In this document: positions 26,421-40,600 of the stretch, one piece after another | How the letters are laid out: each line of letters opens with the position of its first letter | How positions within the stretch are numbered: position 1 is the first letter of the stretch | Assembly: GCA_036172245.1 (NCBI GenBank) | Contig: JAYWIR010000020.1 | Span: 62,001-126,000 of the forward strand | Reading direction: 5' to 3' | Origin: Raillietiella orientalis | Lineage: Eukaryota | Length of the DNA: 64,000 nt | Notes under the pieces: generated by a model | The model's input: the letters and a program-made list of their open reading frames with translations, nothing else | Told to the model about the DNA's origin: nothing | The model's database searches: none | Made by a program: the position numbers and the translations under genes

Positions 26421-27339
26421 GACACATATGCTTCGATCGTGTTTCGGTGAGGAGCATACTTGGCCTTCAGCGTGTAGGAGGCCTGCTGCACCCCACCGGC
26501 ACGTTTATCTGTCAAACGAGGGCGGCGTGCCCAGCGAGCTTGTGAGCCTGTAGGGAAGCTTTTCTGCGCGCTTATCCCTCGGAGAAAGCTGCCAGTAGGA
26601 AAAGCAATGGGTGCTTCTCACAGAAGGGGCGCACGGAATTCTTAAGCCGATCCCAGTCCTTGACTGTGTTAATGGAGGAGCATATTGGGCTTCCGGATGT
26701 CTGATTCTGCCGTCGGGCACTCTCCGGATCTTCGTCTCGGGGTCCTTTCCGCAAGGAACGTCATCAAACTCGATCCAGGGATGATCCGACAAGGTGGACG
26801 GCGTTCGTCTTCGTCATCACACCCTTGTACAGTGTTAATCGCGGAGAAGCATGATGTCGACGGTGTCCAGCATTCCAGGTTTCTCTGCCGACAGGATCGT
26901 GATGTGCGTCTCTGCACAGAAACTGCTGGCTTTTTAGCGCAGACACGGGAAGTGTCTGGGAGCGAGCGGACACTGAAGTGTGACGGACCCGATCACGCCG
27001 GGGTGTTTATTGGATGAAAAATTTTAGATAAACCAGTTGGGAACTCTGTTTCCAACCGAAGACAAAAAACGCTCAACGGAAGGGTCCATCGTCACGCAGA
27101 CCGCGATAACGAAACGTCCGGAACGGGAGAGGGGATGAGGAGACAACAGAAATTCGAATATATAAATGCTGTGGAGAGAGGCAGGGATCTTCGAGTTCGC
27201 TCCCTGTGCACTGAAATAAGAACGAAAAAAAGCAGGGATGCTACCGAGCGAAGGGAAATGGGGAATGAGAAAAAAATAAAAAGAAGAGATAAATAAAAGG
27301 AGGTTGTTGACAAGCGTCAACCGCGCGGGACGTTCCTTC

Positions 27340-27800
27340 ACTTCAAAACCGAATCTGGACGCCGGCGATCTCCGCCTTCCCTTCTTCTTCCAGGTGAGTC
27401 CGCCTTGCAGCCGCCCTCGTGTAGGCGGCTGGCAATCCGGTGACCTCCCTTCGCTGCATGGTCGTCTCGATCACATTCCAGGCCGCGCCGATGGATCGGT
27501 GGCAGCCCATGCTTGCGACTACGGCGCTTGCCGAGAGCCCTCCCGGCGCGAAGAACCGTCGAAGCATATCTCCGGTGGTGTTTTCCTGATGCAGGAGTGC
27601 CGCTGTCAGCCTTCGCCACAGTTCCTGGACGGCAGCGCAGTCCCGAAGCAGGTTCGGCGGTATGGAATCCGCCGGCCCGCATCTGGCACAGTTAGGGGAT
27701 GCAATCCCTGCGGTAACGTGGTGCCGCCGTTCGTTGAAAAGCAATCGTCAGTGGAGGAAGAGCAGCAAAGCTTCTTTTCAGGAGAGAGCGAACACTGAAG
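27340..27800 (-). mobile_element. LINE ORF2 C-terminal cysteine-rich (zf-RVT-like) relic
   Basis: GIASPNCARCGPADSIPPNLLRDCAAVQELW; similar to the 5740-6000 minus-strand peptide (LRRFFAPGGLSASAVVA vs LQRFFTEDGLTAGAVIA). Confidence 0.6.
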
Positions 27801-28099
27801 TGTCTAAACATTGGGGAAGGACCACAAGTTCCTCAGGGTCAGCACTCGACAGTTCGCTCCACCGAAGGAGTCCCGTCGCCAAAGCACGCGGAGTGGCAGC
27901 ATCCACCAGCTCGCGCGTCTTCCAGTCATTAAGGAGTTTCGTTTTTCTCGCGATGGCACAGGAAACTCCCACCTCGCCAGTAGGCTACTGTCATCTCTTG
28001 CTCTGAGGTCAGACAGTGGAGCGGCAAGGGATGTTGCGGCCAGGCTGGACCACTTCGTTGCGTCCTGTATCACCACCTCTAACGGTCGTGTTAGCAGAT

Positions 28100-29760
28100 G
28101 CCGCACAGGGTAAAGATCTTGAGGACGCATTCCCTGGAATACGGTGCAGGACTCAACCCACTCGACGCCAAGCATTGTAGTTCGTTGGGAGGCAGGAGAT
28201 CCACGGCTAGACTTCCAGTAGAGAGGCAAGTTGCTGCAGAGGGAAGCCGAATCACCGCATCCTGCAGTGTGTGCCCGGCAGTGCATGAGGAGTCCTTGCT
28301 TCCGGCTCATTACCGCAGGATGATGCATGTAGGCGCACGGATCATCCTGCTGTGGCTTTGCATAAAGTGCCAGCGTTAGGAGCTGGGCACTTGCAATCCG
28401 ATTTCCTCCGCAATCAGGATGGCTAAGCCGACATCGCGCGGCGGAGCCGCCAAGTCTTCGAGAAGGATAGACACTGAAGTACCCTGCTATGGGGTGAGGC
28501 ATTCCGGAGCGCGTCCATTTCGGCCGTCTTGCTCCAGGCCCTCCAGAAAGTTTGCTCGCTTTGGATAGGGTTGGAAGCGGCAGTGACGTTTGTGATGGAA
28601 CGCTCGATCGGGTCAGACTACCGGTCAGGGTGGCCGACCCGACGGCCTTCATCAACGAGTACGGGTTGTGTCATCTCAAGGGCTCCTCCTGGGAATGGTT
28701 CTACCTTGCTTATCATTTCTGTGGAGACCGCGCCTCTCCTGCAGCAGAAGTTCGAAACTGCTCGGCAGCTTCGCCGCGGGTGCGCACCTCTTTGAGTCGT
28801 TCCGCAGGCCGTTGCTGGTGTTCCTCACAGCCATGCAGATGGTGGTAATGAGCGATGAAGCTGATCCTCCTCCTCGCACCTGTCAATATGCCGTTTTTGT
28901 TCCCTTCTTTCGTCGTGAAGGAGGAAGGGAGCCACCCAGCTGCACGCGGAGATGGAGCAGCTGCAGGGTCCTTGGCTGCATCGCGGTCATTCATCCCACC
29001 AGTAGCATCGTCCTCCTCTTTCTGCAAAGAGTCGGGACGTGGGATGTTCAGGCTTCCTCCAAGGATGAGCTGGAGGGTCTCACATTCCTCACTGCTGTCC
29101 ACTTTCCTCCTGGAAGATCTGGAACGCGGCCTCGCGTTTCCTTTTCGCGCCGTTGCACCTTTTCGGTGTCGGGCATCACTGTTTCAGGTTCCAGAGCACA
29201 GCATGATGCTGAGGAGAGGTTCCGCTTTGTGTCCAAAGCGTCGTCTCTGAGGGAGTTGCGCGCAGGTGGGACGGTCTCAATCGCCCCCTTATTTGCCGCC
29301 TGCGAGCACGATTTCATTCCTGGTGGTCACCTTGTCCGCCGGAGGGTATCACATCCTCGGCGGTATTTTTGGGGAGATTCTTCTCAGGTGCAGCGCAGAA
29401 TGCCTGGGATCTCCGACTTGTCTTCTTCTTTCAGGTGCGGCCAACTTGCTGCCGTCCTCATGCAGACAGCTGCTATGCGGACGACTTCCCTTCTCGCACA
29501 CCCGAGATTCCGGCGCATGGCGGGCTGTGAGGCGGACGGCAAGGATGCAACATCCCGTCACAATAGCAGCATCTGCCGTATGTCCTCCTAGCGCTTAGAG
29601 CCGCCACAGCAATTTCTGCGCAATGTCGTCAGGTGCGGAAGCGCTGAAACCAGCCTCTGCCAAACTTCCTGGAGGACACAGCGGTCGAATCTGTGTGCAA
29701 TCTTTTCGAACAAGGCGCGGGGAGGATTCAATCTCCCCGCTCCTTATGCAGCTTTCGCCC
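28100..29760 (+). mobile_element. Scrambled, decayed LINE ORF2 fragments
   Basis: RLPVERQVAAEGSRITASCSVC (zf-RVT-like), RLPVRVADPTAFI, HILGGIFG (KILGIxF-like), KARGGFNLP (GGLGLP-like); multiple frameshifts. Confidence 0.4.
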
Positions 29761-29999
29761 TAGGCTGATGTACCCTCCTACACGCCCTCCGGAGACAGGG
29801 ATACGCCACTTTCAGATGTTGCCTTTTAAGGCGCATGGGGCTGCCTGAGCGGGGCAATCCGTTAAGCTCCTGGGTTTCTTCTCAATAGGGGAAGATGGGG
29901 TGTTTTATGTTACTACCCCGTTCGATTGCGCCATCAGGGCCACGTGGCTTGCGCGTGTCCCAGCTGAACTTAGCGGGTACACCTCACTTTCGGACAAAC

Positions 30000-30330
30000 G
30001 CCCGCCAGATATCCCATGATCTTACGCGTAGGTTAAGGAGAACAAAAAGTGGGGCTTGCTCACGTACTATATATCCACGATTCCAAGTCGGTGTGTAGTT
30101 CTCCGGGGATGGTCGACCTGCTCTTCACGGTTCTGCGCTTTGCGGTCGTCCACTGAACATTTTCAAGGGAAGGCACGGCGCTATTTGGTGCCATGTTGCA
30201 TGGACAGTGTCGAAGTTTGATAGTTCGGTCACCGCCGCTCCCTTGGATACATCGATAGTGATTCCCATCAGATGGACCACCATCGATTGTCCTTTGGGGT
30301 GGGGAATACCTTCCTGCTCTTCGAACATAC
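30000..30330 (-). mobile_element. Possible LINE ORF1 relic
   Basis: VVHLMGITIDVSKGAAVTELSNFDTV resembles the RRM-like segment of L1/Tx1 ORF1 proteins; weak. Confidence 0.3.
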
Positions 30331-33300
30331 TGGCGACTTCAGTAGGTGGTGGATCAACGCCACATTCGTTCAGCGTAATTCCACCTCCTTTCCGCCAGAG
30401 AACATCGTCAGCGCACGAAGGTCGACTCCGAGACGTTGGAGTTCCTCAACAAGCTCCACATACATGGGTTCTGCTACTTGACCTACCTTCCACCTAAGAG
30501 TATGGTTATACGACCTTGGTCAAGATGGGACGTGGTCTGCATGTCAGTGCACTCATCTGTGCGTCGTCGGAAACCAGCAGTTTGGGATGGAAGACGACGG
30601 CTGAAGCGTTGAGCTGCAAGTGGACTTCCCTGTGTCCTCTTCTCTGTCCCGGAGAAAATGCAGTGATGCGGAGGTGGTGCGATCCATCGCTCTTTGATGG
30701 TCGGTGGATAATCTCCCCGTGTCAAGGATGGCCGTGCCATGTCCCAGGGGTGCTGTTCGGCGACTGTTGTCCTGCTCAACGGCCCCATGAAGGACTCCAC
30801 GAACCTCGTGAGAACTGGGAGAACATGGAAGACCAAGGATCCTTCTCTCGGGATGTTCTTCCGTAGGCGAGAATTGCAGGGGTCGGACATTTCTTCCTTT
30901 CCAGAAGGTCGCCACAGTCCCTGAAGCAGAGATGGGAGCAAACGACGGGGTATCTTCCAGGATGACGGAGACATGCAAGTGGTTCCATCTCTCCGTCTTC
31001 CTGGAAGCCTCATGGACCAACTTGAAACCGGGGTTTCCTGTCCGATCCCATCTTTCCATCACGAAAATCCGGATGTTTTTACGCACTCATAGGTCGAAAT
31101 GCGCGTGGAGAATGTCGGAAGGACGACGTACCTTGTCACGGTTCTGGCGTGACCGCTCCCTCGGGCACTTGCCGTGAAAAGAGCGAGCTCCCATGCCATC
31201 CTTCCCGGTTCCTCGTCCCTTCTTTCCGCTCTCGACACCACGGAACTGCTTTCCCTTCTCCTTAACAGTTACGTTCCTCGAGGAAACGAAACTCCCAGAT
31301 GCGTCCTCACTTGTCACCTCACATCCTGCCCCCTCCCTCCTCCATCCATCCATCCTCGGAGCATCGTCGGTAAGTGGCAGAAACGACAGGAGGGAATCTC
31401 CAGGCGCCATCCAAAGACGGACCACTGCAAATTTCCCCCCCTCTCCTTCTCCCTTTTTCTCTTCCGCAGTCTCCGTCTTCATCGTCGGTTCAGATCTGTG
31501 GGAAGCTGGGGGAAGGGAGCTCCATCCAGGGTTCGTGGGCTGGTCTTTCTAGAGGTGCGCTTCAGGCATTCGTGTCCCCAAACCGAAAATCCCAAAATAG
31601 GAGGAGGGAACGTTCCTACACTTCAGAGTAGATGGCGTCAACGGTACACGGGTTGTGGAAGGGATTACCTCCAGGAAACAGGGAGAGATTGCTGAGGATC
31701 TTGACGTAGCGGTCTTCCTCGTCGCCAACAAATCTCGGGTGACCCGACCTTCTCGGAATTTCTGCGGGAGAGACCCCTGCGGCTGTTCTCTCCGGGTTCC
31801 CCTTTTATTTTCCCCCATGCAGAAGCGATCGATCGCCAGGCGAAGGAGCATCGAACCTGATGTTCTGCGAAGAACCACTCCTAACTCCCCGTCCGTACCA
31901 GGAGTCGGGGAATCGGCCGGCGAAGCGGTGGAGAAACTGGAGCACGGAGGCAGTCGAGTCCTCTTCGTTTCCTTCCTTCCTCCTCCTCCTCCTTCCCATA
32001 TCTTCCTCCCTGCAAGAGCACGTCACCAGTCGCAATGTCAGGGAAAGATCGAGAGCATACGCTTTTCAAGCGAGTCCCCGTGCCGGTGGTTCGCACCCGG
32101 GGAAGGAGGGAGAATGAGGTGGTAGGTAGGTGGGGAGGAGATTGATGGGAGCCGCCGCTGCTCGGGATCGAAAGACCAAAGCGGCACGGAACGCTCGCAA
32201 AGTTAGCTCGGAACATTCCTCGGGAGCAGCGAGAGAACGCGTGCTTCCCACAGTGTCGGTGAGTGGGAAAGAGCAATGCAGCTTCGGCTGTCTGCCGCGA
32301 GATGGAAGGGCATTCTCTCTAGAGTTGCCTGCAGCGCGCGCGGTCGCTGAGACGGCTGAGACTGGGGTTTGGAGAAGGAAAGCTAGGACACACCAGACCA
32401 TGGGAAGAGAGCTGGTTCCATAACTGGTGGCCAGTGGCCGCTGCTTGCAGGGAGACACCTGCGAAGTCTTCCCGTCCTTTTCCCTTCTGGAGGTGAACTT
32501 TTCCCACCGATTGGCTGGCCGCATGTGGAGAGGGTGAATGGATCCGACCCCACACCGAATCTCCTTCGCACTTGCTCCTGCTGTTTCTCCCGAACCTGCA
32601 CCAAGTACTTCCTGAGTAATCCCGAGACGAGGTGCTTTTTCTCCAGTGTCAGCGGAAGACCCGAGAGTGCGTCCCGATAGATAGGAGCTCGGCAACGTCA
32701 CGAGGGGACGGTTGGACCACTGAGATGAAGAGCGGCTCAGGGAAGAGTATACGGGAGGTTCGCCGACGAGAGCAGCCCAAGCTCTCAGCCGCCGATGCAT
32801 GGAGGTTTTCTGGCTCCCCTTCGCAACAGCGGGACGCCCTGTGGGTGGGACCGAAAACCAGGAGTAAAACCGGGCTGGGATCAAGGAGTTCGACGATCCT
32901 TCACTCCCCCTCCTCCACCACAACAGGTAGTTGGGATTATGAAACTGGCACCCACAGATACCAGCATCAGCTTTCCAGTCGCTTCGACTCCCTGGAGAAG
33001 AAAGCATCCGGCATTCCCGAAAGATCACTGCATGATGCCAGAGTCACGCCCTTCTGAGTCTTCTCGAGCATGTGACCAGGTAAACACAGAGTTGATTTAT
33101 ATTTTTCGAGGTTTTCCTCCGGACCGAGATGGCAGGACTCCAACTGGTCCTGCAGATGAACATGGCGAACACCTGTCTCGCTTTTCGTATCTTCTGCACG
33201 TGATGTCATTTCCAGATACGACAGGAAAAGGCTTCACAGGTGTATTCCTGGAAGGTTCGGATGCTGTGGATGAAGGAACTCCCAAGAATGGCTTTGGGTA

Positions 33301-33874
33301 ACTATGGCAGTGTGAAGAGGAGTTGGGGAGTTTCAGAAGCTGTTTGTCGTTTCTTTTTCCGAAAAAGGAAAAAAAGGAAAGGAGGAGATCAGTTATAAAC
33401 AGAGAGGTAAGCGGTCGGGGTAATGTCTCAGGGAACGAGGGTTTTCCCCCGGAGTTTCCATGGTGCGGTATCAGAGGTTCTCGTTATTTTTTCGTGCAGG
33501 GAGAGACGTGAAAGCAAATTCCAAAGACTCGCGGAAGGTTGACCAATCCGCACGGTCTGTCTGACTTTCCTGGACCCGTAAGGACTTCTTGGAAGTGTTT
33601 TCAACACTTTCTGGAAGTCCCAACTGTCTGGCACACCGGGAGGAGCCCTTTGGGCCCATCTGCAAAGCACGGAAACGTCCATGCACACGGTAAAAGCGAG
33701 ACAGGTTTCTCGCATCCGGGAAGAGCGAATGCCCACAGCGACCAGGGAAAAAAAAACGAAAAACCAGGCTGCTTTCGTCAAGAGAGCACGAGCCCAGGAC
33801 CACACTGGAATCTCTGCACACATTCCTCCTCCATGCCTGCTTGGTTCTTTGTCGAATCCCACGTTTCCAAATTC

Positions 33875-33905
<31 letters not shown>

Positions 33906-33906
33906 T
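33875..33906. repeat. (CTTT)8 microsatellite
   Basis: Eight perfect units counted. Confidence 0.95.
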
Positions 33907-34949
33907 ATTCGTACGCGGGAAATCACCCCTCCCGTCTCCCGAATTCCAGTGGGCATCTGCATCTACCAACGCTCTTGTAAAAACCGAGTGAACCACCCGA
34001 AGAGTTGGGCTAGAAAGCAGACTCGGGTGGATGGCAGACAGACCAGACCCTGACACGTCGCAGCACTCCACCCTCTTGCCTACCGCTCTCGCTCAACACA
34101 GTCGCTCAGGATTCATGCTGTTCACTGTGAGGCTCCGGTTTAGGTCACTCTTGTTTATTTGCCCACTCATCGACCCCCCTCTCTTCACTCTACCATCCCT
34201 TTCTAGTTGTGCTCCCAACTCTTTTCGTCCCAAAGGACTGCCACATACAGTAAGACTGATTACGCACCAACAACTTTTCCATTAAGAGACGGAAATGTGA
34301 CCAGTGTAACAAATAAATCATGTTAACTTCTGTTCACCTGCCGATAATGAATCAAGCCTTCCCTTTTTCCAGCTTTACAAGTTCACCAGAGGATGCACTT
34401 TCCGTAGGGCTAGGGGCGCACACTAGATCCTTCGCAAGGGGATACTCGTCCATGGATTCAACGGCGGCACACTTAAGATAGGATGTCAGCTCCGGAGGTT
34501 GAAAGGCATGAGACGCCCGCTCGCGGCTACAGCTATAGAGACCTCCTGTCAAGAGGAGGAGACGGAGGCATAATTCTGGACTTGGGATGTTTCTAACTCT
34601 GCCTGACATTGTTCCGCTTATGCCCTCCAAAGGGATCGCGAGCAATTCGCAATGGGTTGCTAGAGTCATGGGATCCAGGCAACGATCCAACACTTCAAAA
34701 TTTGAAAATTCCATGATCTCCTGAGGATATTCATAGTGTGCTACAGCATCACATACAGAAAATGCACCCTGGAGGAGATGAACAGTCAGTGATCAGCTTG
34801 AAGCATGGCCCGAAGATCAGCTGCCATCTTCCAGAAGAGATCGGTTCAGCGGACCTGGATTTGCTCAAAAGGTTGGCACGGAACTCGGCGCGGAACAAGA
34901 AGGATCAGTCTGGCAACTCGAAGGACTACCGTTCACCTGATCGCCTGAG

Positions 34950-37900
34950 GCAAAGCTTCAGAGTCCCACTGCGAGGATTCACTCCATGAGACGAAGCACG
35001 GGCAGCATCCAATGAAGCCTGCAGCTGCCACGCATGGCACGTGCCACCGGATGATAGCTTATGCGGCCACGGAGAGACGCAGAAAAGTATACAAACCTTC
35101 GGGGAGACTGCAGGAGCAGGCAGGTCTCCTCACGAGATGCAGCCAGGCAGCCACGTGGACTGACAGCGTAAGGATGCAGACCGAAATGGAGGCGCACTCC
35201 CTAGCCCCCAATAGGAGACTGGCGGCGCCACCTTCTCCCCGAGGCTGTCAGAGCCAAGGCAATTTTCCCTCATACAGAGGGTTGTGCTTCGAGATTCAGA
35301 GATGGTCCGTGTAGATTTTCGTGGATGTACAGCTGACATGATTGCCCATTATTGCAGCTGCCTTTGTGGATTTCCAAGGTCCTGTCTCTGGAGCCATCTC
35401 CACTACTGCTGCAAGACCAGTGCAGCTGAGTTTCCAAGTGACAAAAAGCATGCGACTCTGCGCGGGGCTTTGATAAGGAACGACTGGCATGGCAACGTCT
35501 CGACTTCATCCAGATTCCTAGCCTCGTGGGTTGCCTCTTCTCGTTCCACGACACAAATCAGAAGCTCGCCGCCAATGCCGAGCTGTCATTCTTGAAGCTT
35601 CCAACAGCTGAATCCTTCAAATCTCTGTTGTTGTCACCCCGAATGACGCGCACGAGAAGAGATGGTGGACCTGGGCACGCAAGAGTCAAGGAGGAGCCCA
35701 TTATGGATGCCGATGCATCCACGAAGCTTACACATCTTGCATTCCGAGAGTTCGACACTGGCATCAGCAAACACTCGTCTCGAGGGTTCGACCGAAGACC
35801 ACTTCCGGTCGCGGCGTCGCTTTACGCAGCGCGCGGAGGAAACCTCAAGGAAGCTGAGGACGTGTGCAATCTGTTTCCAACCAGCTCACTCGTCTCCAAG
35901 CTGTCCACATCTCTCGCAAAAGAGGACCGCAGGGGTTTGCCACCCGGATTTGATGGGGTTTTATTGAAAATTAAAAGTACAAGGAAATGTTCGTGCGGTT
36001 CGTTCATGACGCGATGGTCTACCGACCGGCGAGGTCCGTTTCCACAGCGAGTGGGAAGGGAAAAAACAAACAAAAAGTACGACAAGGGTAGGAGAGATGT
36101 TCTTGGGGAAGGGATCACTGTTCGCTGGGAGAGGTCCTCCAAATCCTGTTCGGGATACCCAGAAGTTGCGTCCTCACATTGCTCAGGTGGGGCCATTGGG
36201 ACGTGGTCTTCAAAAAGACCCGTGTCCGGTGGATGGCGTCCTTGCCATCCTGGCTTCTTCTCGATGCGTTCCAGGCCGCCACGATTCCGCGAGTGCAGCA
36301 GAGAACTGCCGAGGCTGCGGGCCGGGGGCAGGTGGCAATAAAGAGGCGCCCAAAAATGTCCCTGAGGCCGCCTTCAGGGATGTCTAGGATCGGCGTCATA
36401 CTATCGTAGAGGGGTCGCAGGGCGGCTCAGCCCATCAGAAGATACGGCAAAGTCTCTTTCTGGCTGCACCTTTCGCAGGGGGCATGCACACCTCCTCGTG
36501 TGCAGTGAGAGAGGCGTGCTCTGCATGGAATTTCCCAATGCAACACTAGCAACGCCACCTCCTGCCTCAGGATCACAGGGGTAGGAAGAGGTCAGAGCGT
36601 CGTTTGCGTTGTGAGTTCGTAGTACCTAACTTTCATCCTGCGTGGACACGAAGCTCCTCTCGTGTGGAGAGACCAGATATCCCTCTCTGGATTCAAGATG
36701 CGTTCCAGAATTCCTACAGAGGATGCCAATGTCCTTGTATTTCCTTCCTGGGATTAAGCAAAACGCACGCTCGTTGGCAGATCGTTGAAATCAAGTCTTT
36801 CAAGAGCACCATCCGGAATGGTACTCTTTCAGGACGTGGAGGAGATGTCAGGATCGGAGTTTTCGTTTCGAGCAAGTTCTTCCAGAGAACAGAAAACTCC
36901 GATCGCGCTTCTTACGAGGCCCAAGCAGGAAATGCGAAAAACCGGGGTGACTGCTATCATCCGCAACAATTCCTGATGTCACTCTAAAAAATTCCACTCT
37001 TCCCGTTCATCCGCATACCTGCAGCTGTTCGGGACCCTACTCTGTCAGTATCTACGGACTCGCGTCAAGACATGCGATGATCCGTCCTCGGCTTGCAGCG
37101 TCAGGTAACTTCCTCTCACCTCCAGGTAGCAGATCGAGCAGCGTGGACCCGTTGCTGAACCCCCTCACCCCTTCCCGATTGCCTGTGCCGTTTCTGTGCA
37201 GACAGGAATGCTTGAAAGAGACGAAACGCTGTAGGGCGCTGCCGCCTTGCGGAGGTGGTATTGGAGCCCGTGCAATCGTTCGAGTTGACCTCCGGTCTCG
37301 GTGACGCTGCGATGCTCCTTGTGAGCTTGCAGTGCCTCACGGCTGGGAGTCCTTCGATTTGTGATTCAGAGTACTGGAAGCTAGGCTCGGAGGAAATCTG
37401 GAAAGAACTATCCACAGTCTCCGGTTGCCTCTCCATCTTCTTCAACCTTAGTAGGCACATGGTTGGAGGTCCCCTTTGTCTTTGTTCGGACGGAAGAATG
37501 TCCTTTCCCGTGCATCTATCGATGGTTCGACAAGAAAGAGATTTCGAAGTAGCTGAGAGAGTCTTGGAAGCGAGTGCTTCAGTAGCCCATCGAAGTTTGC
37601 TCTTCCGTCAGATGGACCGCCTCGCACTTGTGGGACTCCGGCTCCAATAGTCAGGCGCGGAAACCAAGTACGATAGCGAAAAGGCGACGCATCCATCCTC
37701 TTGCCCTTCTTACCCCTGTGTTCCTCCTTGATATGCAGAAAGCCGACTCACGATCTGCGCTTTCTGCTCCTGGGACGTGTCGTACGAACCGTGCGTGTTG
37801 GTTGTCACGAATTCCAGGGTACCGGCGCCCGCATCGACTGCGAGGAAAATTGCCGTCCCGACAACTTCCAGCCAGAATCTTCTTCTTCTATCACGAACGC

Positions 37901-38760
37901 TAGCGACTTCTGGAGGGCAGATCTCTTTCACAGGGGAATAGAGCCTCTTCAGTTAAATGAATGAAGGTCAGGTGCAAGGTCAGATGGTATTGCGTGCCTC
38001 GTATGCGCCGTCATCTTCAGCTCTCGTCTTCCGAGCACTTCCTACTTGCGTGCGGTCTGTGCTGCAGGCGACTGGCGGAGGTGGTCTTGCACGTCTTTCA
38101 GCAGACTTAGTCCTGAAGATCCTTCCAGAAAGCGTAACGTGCTCAAACGAATTCGCGCCCGTTCCGCGGTGTGGGCGTCGAGCCCTGCACGTATTCTGGG
38201 CGCTCCGGTTTGGAGCAGGAGACTGGCGGCGTTACTCATTCGTTCGTCGACGACGGAGGAGGAAGGTTTGCGCCCATGCACCAGTCGCCTTCTTGCGCCG
38301 GTGCGTAGGTTGGCATCGGCGGAAGGTCGCTGCGCAGCGCACAAGTAGCGGTCTCCGCAGTGCACGAATGGCACGAGAAAAACCAGCGTGCGCTGTCTCC
38401 AAACTTCATGCGCTCTATGCTGACAAGGTGGTGCCCTGAGGCACGATGCTGCTCGACTCGGTACCGCGGGGTCCTGTGAGGCTCTGTATTCGATGCCAGC
38501 GCATCCGAAGCACGAGCTGTTCTCATTCTTGGCAACAGCTCTCCAATGCTGGTTTGTCTCAAGAGGCCTCTAAACATGCGACGCCCGCAAGTCAAGTTCT
38601 TCCAACTAGCCGCCGAGGCGTGCAGTCCACGGGATCGCATGGAACGCGGGACGGGAAGGACTGCCTGCCCTCCCATCTCGACTCGACCCTGCCGCATGGG
38701 AAGCGTGGTCGGATATACGCCAACTTCGAAGACGCCAGGTCGAGCTCTGCTAACGCATTC
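34950..38760 (+). mobile_element. Long decayed L1/Tx1-like element (ORF1 zinc-knuckle relic followed by ORF2 relic)
   Basis: Collinear degenerate motifs: Cys/His-rich MVRVDFRGC...HYCSCLC (about 35300), SSKFFQRTEN (about 36870), DLFHRGIEPL (LFxLxIEPL-like, about 37920), ADLVLKILPES (SGLKINxEKS-like, about 38100), RILGAP, SKLHALYADKVVP (SKLWY-like, about 38400). Confidence 0.5.
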
Positions 38761-40249
38761 CCACCCTAAGCGAGCGGGCTCACCGGCCGAATAGATGCCG
38801 GATTCGGGGAACGGAGCCGTGGCGAATAGGGCGAGAACTGTAGAAATGCTGGGAGAACCGTCTCCTCCTCACGTGTGCCTGAACTGCTTTCTTTTTTTCT
38901 TTTGGTTTTGTTTTATTGTGACATTTTTTTTTCCCATCGATTTGCTCCCAATAAATGGTCCAGCATGCAGGGATGCGAGCGTTTTTCGAGTGAGGGGAGA
39001 ACGGCGGAACTGTACGAATCGCGCGCAGTTGCTGACGTGATTAAAGTGAACGGTCCTGGTTAATGAGTCGGCCGCTTGCAGATGACAAATCGTTCTCTTA
39101 GACCCGGGACCATCTAGGCTGCCGAGATGGAAACAGATTTTCGCTTTCCGCCCTGTGGTTCCCCTCGGCACAGCGGCGGGTTCGCTGCCGGAAGTGTTCG
39201 CGGTGGCTGCGTTTCCCTCTCCTCTCCTTTCGCAAATGGGCCCGATGCCGCTTCCCGTCGCTTTCGGAGCAGAAATTTCCGCCAGGATTCTGCTCCCGAA
39301 ACTCCCCGGCTCGGGTGGAAGGTGTGAACTTCCCCTGCGGGGTGCCCGACAGCTGGTGGGATGGAAATGGCTCGCCTGGGCTGCTGCATTCGCATTGCAC
39401 GGAGTTGCGCCTTTACATGGCTGTCGAAATTCGACCAGAATTTGAAATCGAACGAGATGAGGACCTAGAAAGCGTCCGGATGCTGCGATCTTCCGAGTCG
39501 TCGTCGTCTCACTTTCCGATTTCGAAACTGTCTTGGTGATCGGAGGGAGCAAGTTGACGCCGAGATGCCGTGCACTCTTGGGCCATGGATTTCTTCCTCC
39601 TTGCTTCCGGCCAGAATTCCCAGCCGGTGTCTCTGTTTCTAAAAAAAACTTCCGCTTTGTCCGATCGTCTATACAGGGTTCCATTACTTTTCGTTAAAGG
39701 TCGAAGGAAAGAAACACATCTTAATTTCTTCGTATGTTTTGGTTGCAAAATGAGGCGACGAGGGATCTCTTCACCATGTGCACAGCGTTTTCTCTTCCGC
39801 AAGTCGATCCAGCTGTCGCCTCTTCACGGCTGGTAGTGACCCAACCGATGCTTTCAGTTCGCCTTCAGTAGACTTCGCGGAGTGCCGAAGGCTGGATCGC
39901 ACCATATTCCTTTCTGGTGAGCTCCTGCTGGCGTCGTAGGATCCTTGGTCCCCTCGACACCCATCGTTCTTCGGGTCCAAGAATTCCACGAGTCCTGTTG
40001 CGGGTGCCCGTGCCAGCACGGGGATTACGGAGGAGAGCTTATCTGCATCTCCCAAAGACTCCTGGGAACTGCCTGAGGAACTGAACACATGCAGGATGAT
40101 GAATCGTGCCGCAAGTCCGTTTGACCTCAACACCAGTCAGACTGGCACCAGCTTCCACTGTAGCTTGATTTACGCATGCATCCCGTAGTGATTAATCGGA
40201 TCCATAATGCTGTGCAGTAGTTATGGATAACTGACTATACTGTTCATCT

Positions 40250-40600
40250 TGGAGGCATACGATCCAAACTACATCTGGTGGGCATGACCAGTGTGGGAGG
40301 TGAGTCGAGCTGCGCCGTGCGGATGCTATATGCTGTCCTCTAAAAAGGAGATGCCCTGAGGCATGATGCTGCTCGACTTGGCACCGTAGGGTCCTGAGAG
40401 ATTATCACATCTGATGCCAACGCATCTGGAACACGAGTTGTTTGCCTTGGCAACTCCCTGGACATAGATTTCTCTCAAGAGGTTCCTAAGGCTCAGCTGC
40501 TCGGCTTGTCTCTGCTTTCGCAGAGACCAAGAAGCACGGCTTGGATCGTTTGAGGCAGGTTGCCAGCTTTCCACGCTCGGCATGCAAAGATACCGGGGAT
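40250..40600 (+). mobile_element. Second fragment of the same LINE family
   Basis: Nucleotide similarity of 40350-40490 to 38430-38575 (tgccctgaggca.gatgctgctcgact.gg.accg..gggtcctg.gag). Confidence 0.6.
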